From a virus, in the IMG/VR virus record IMGVR_UViG_3300033150_002805, positions 12,847 through 76,846 of that record: a stretch of DNA of 64,000 nt, one strand, 5' to 3'. How positions within the stretch are numbered: the first letter of the stretch is position 1; every line of letters begins with the position of its first letter. The translations under genes and the position numbers were made by a program. Positions 61,852 to 64,000 of the stretch are shown piece by piece. The notes beneath the pieces are model-generated. The model was not told where the DNA came from and made no database searches. It worked only from the letters and a program-made list of their open reading frames with translations.

Positions 61852-64000
61852 TTATCTTCGTCATAGTATCTCTCTAAATCCGTTGTTTTCTTTCCGCTCA
61901 AAGTAAATTCAGTATCAGCAGCAGTTATGCTATCGGAATCCAAGGTTTCCCAAACTCCGTCCGTTCGGTTATATATTTGAAGATAAACAGAAGAAACACT
62001 TGGAGCTATGCTTGTCTTTAACACACAAGTGGAAACAATGATATCAGTGTTATTATCGTGCTTATTTTTCCATAGAAATATGGCATAAGGGTCTAAAGTA
62101 TCTCTGCCGCATTGCTGAACATAAATGTCATCATTATTAGCCACATCCACATATTCTGAAGGAACAAATAAGATATCTAAATCAGAATCATCAGTTGGCA
62201 AGTTTAACTTCTTTTCTCGAGAATAAACATGACTGGGAGAAGGAATAGGAATTCCCCAACCTATTTCACAGTCATTGCTTCCAATTCGCCCTATCCAGCA
62301 CATAGGAATTGCTGCGTTGACTGTAACTCTATCTGGATTTTGAATTTGATAAACAGTTTCTGTATTAATTACAGCATCTGTAGAAACATCAAAAGAACTC
62401 GGGTTTGCTCCTAATGAGGGTTCCCAAGTTTCTGGATTGCACCTATGTAACCTATATTTGATAAAATGACTTTCTCTCCAAAAATTGAGCAAAATGCCAG
62501 AACCTTGTTCTGTAATTCCAACTCCTCCGTGGTTTTCTGTTTCATTGGTCAGAGTTACCGCGACTCCCCAAGGAGTTGTGTGTCCGCTTAATCTTTCTCT
62601 CCATTTAATAGTTCCATCGCTATCTACATAAATTAGAAAACTTCTCTTTTCTCCCATCACTATGCTATGTTCAAGGTCAAATTGAGCCTTACCAGAAGAA
62701 GTAGAAGAATCTATTACCTGAATTCCCTTATTTTGTTCATTGCTCATATACTGAGATTTCAGAGCAATTCCTTCTTTATAAACGAATATCACATCATCTC
62801 GTTCTGATTCTGATTCGGCTACCGCTCTAACGCTTTGCCCATAAATTGTATCAGTATTGGTATCATCGCTAATAATTTTAGTTCCACCCCATACTGTGAT
62901 ATCCCCTGTAGTGTTTTGAATTTTACAAACAACATATTGAGTTCCTTCGGAATAATCATAGAAAACAGCGGTAGCATATAATTTATTACCAGAAGCCCTT
63001 CTATCAGCAGCCAAATTTACCCTTTGATACCAGTCTGGAGAAGTTGCCTCAAAGACTTTTGTAGTATTTGCCCAACTCCAACTAGTTGGGTTTGAAACTT
63101 CATCGTCTGCTTCTGCTACATAAGTATCTGTCCCATCTGAATAATGAATAGTAGTTTTAATTCCGTCTCCCATTCCTCTAACTGAAAAATCGGCAATTGT
63201 GCCACCAAAAGTGGAAGTATCTATTACCGCATTAGTGTTTTCTATCCAAGTATTAGAAGCCAAATTCTCCGCAGAAATATATTCGAATTTTATCTTTTGT
63301 TCAGCAGCATCATGTATTCCTCTCCAATAATATCCAGAATCCTTATCAAACCACATCTTTCTTTGCCAATTCCCACCAAATTGTCTGGCACATTGGGAAC
63401 TTGAGGAAGAAGAAAAGCTTGAAGAACTACTAGAAGAACTAAACGAGGAAGATGAAGATGAGCTAGAGAATGAACTTGAACTTGAACTCGAACTGAACGA
63501 ACTACTGCTTGAACTAGAGGAAAATGAACTCGAGCTACTAGAGGAAGAACTAGAGGAACTGCTAAATGAAGAAAAGGAAGAACTAGAGGAAGAACTGCTG
63601 GAGCTTGAAGAAAAACTTGATGAAGAGCTGCTGAAAGAGGAACTACTGGAACTACTTGAAGACGAAAAAGATGAGCTGAAAGAGGAACTACTAAATGACG
63701 AACTGAAACTAGGACTACTGAGGCTCGAGGAACTGCTTGAAGAGAAGAATGAGGAAGATGAAGAACTAGAACTTTGGGAAGAACTGGAAGAACTAGAAGA
63801 GGAGAATGTCTCCTCATTCCCATAAGTTAATAAAGTATCATTTCCTGAATTGTAAGAGGCTTTTATCCAAGCTGGGGTTCTGACGATGTTTGAGATGCGG
63901 ACTTCGTCAATAAGTCCGAGAAAAGGATATTGAATTTTATCGCTGTAAATTCCGACCAAGCTGGGGTATGTGCTTTCTTTTACAGCCTCAATGGTCGAAG
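61812..64000 (-). CDS. LamG/ConA-like domain protein with poly-Ser tract; 5'-truncated by the window
   Basis: The frame is open to the window edge; GLIDEVRISNIVRTPAWIKASYN, then a Ser tract of about 135 aa. Confidence 0.7.
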   Translation of the reverse strand, partial: STIEAVKESTYPSLVGIYSDKIQYPFLGLIDEVRISNIVRTPAWIKASYNSGNDTLLTYGNEETFSSSSSSSSSQSSSSSSSSFFSSSSSSSLSSPSFSSSFSSSSFSSSFSSSSSSSSSSFSSSSSSFSSSSSSSSSSSSFSSFSSSSSSSSSSSSSFSSSSSSSSFSSSSSSSSFSSSSSSSSFSSSSSSSSFSSSSSSQCARQFGGNWQRKMWFDKDSGYYWRGIHDAAEQKIKFEYISAENLASNTWIENTNAVIDTSTFGGTIADFSVRGMGDGIKTTIHYSDGTDTYVAEADDEVSNPTSWSWANTTKVFEATSPDWYQRVNLAADRRASGNKLYATAVFYDYSEGTQYVVCKIQNTTGDITVWGGTKIISDDTNTDTIYGQSVRAVAESESERDDVIFVYKEGIALKSQYMSNEQNKGIQVIDSSTSSGKAQFDLEHSIVMGEKRSFLIYVDSDGTIKWRERLSGHTTPWGVAVTLTNETENHGGVGITEQGSGILLNFWRESHFIKYRLHRCNPETWEPSLGANPSSFDVSTDAVINTETVYQIQNPDRVTVNAAIPMCWIGRIGSNDCEIGWGIPIPSPSHVYSREKKLNLPTDDSDLDILFVPSEYVDVANNDDIYVQQCGRDTLDPYAIFLWKNKHDNNTDIIVSTCVLKTSIAPSVSSVYLQIYNRTDGVWETLDSDSITAADTEFTLSGKKTTDLERYYDEDNWVAHRIYQKAET

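Overview
AT-rich 64 kb segment of a tailed dsDNA phage (siphovirus-like, with Mu-type head genes). The host is probably Patescibacteria/CPR; this is inferred from SD-less starts and DnaA-box-linked sigma70 promoters. The minus strand at 1-14.2 kb holds the head module: portal, a 1566-aa ASCH/MBL/NTase/DNA-ligase/LigD-phosphoesterase polyprotein, a double protease-scaffold, a decoration protein, and a major capsid gene split by a group I intron carrying a LAGLIDADG gene. The module is followed directly by ADP-heptose-type nucleotide-sugar genes. The mostly plus-strand region at 14.4-45.2 kb holds early/accessory genes, replication functions, a DNA-modification cluster, a TnpB element, terminase (minus strand), and lysis genes including an intein-containing papain-like endolysin. 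The minus strand at 45.3-64 kb holds neck, tail and baseplate genes, several with very long poly-serine tracts. Top hypotheses: (1) a virion O-glycosylation (heptosylation) system pairing HldA/HldC/cupin-HAD genes with poly-Ser tracts on five structural proteins; (2) a protease-processed, virion-packaged DNA end-repair polyprotein; (3) an unexplained dispersed 16-bp palindrome, TTGAACCnnGGTTCAA; (4) a small-gene cassette array with a conserved junction motif. Several structured RNA candidates are also present. All calls come from motif reading only; no searches were run.
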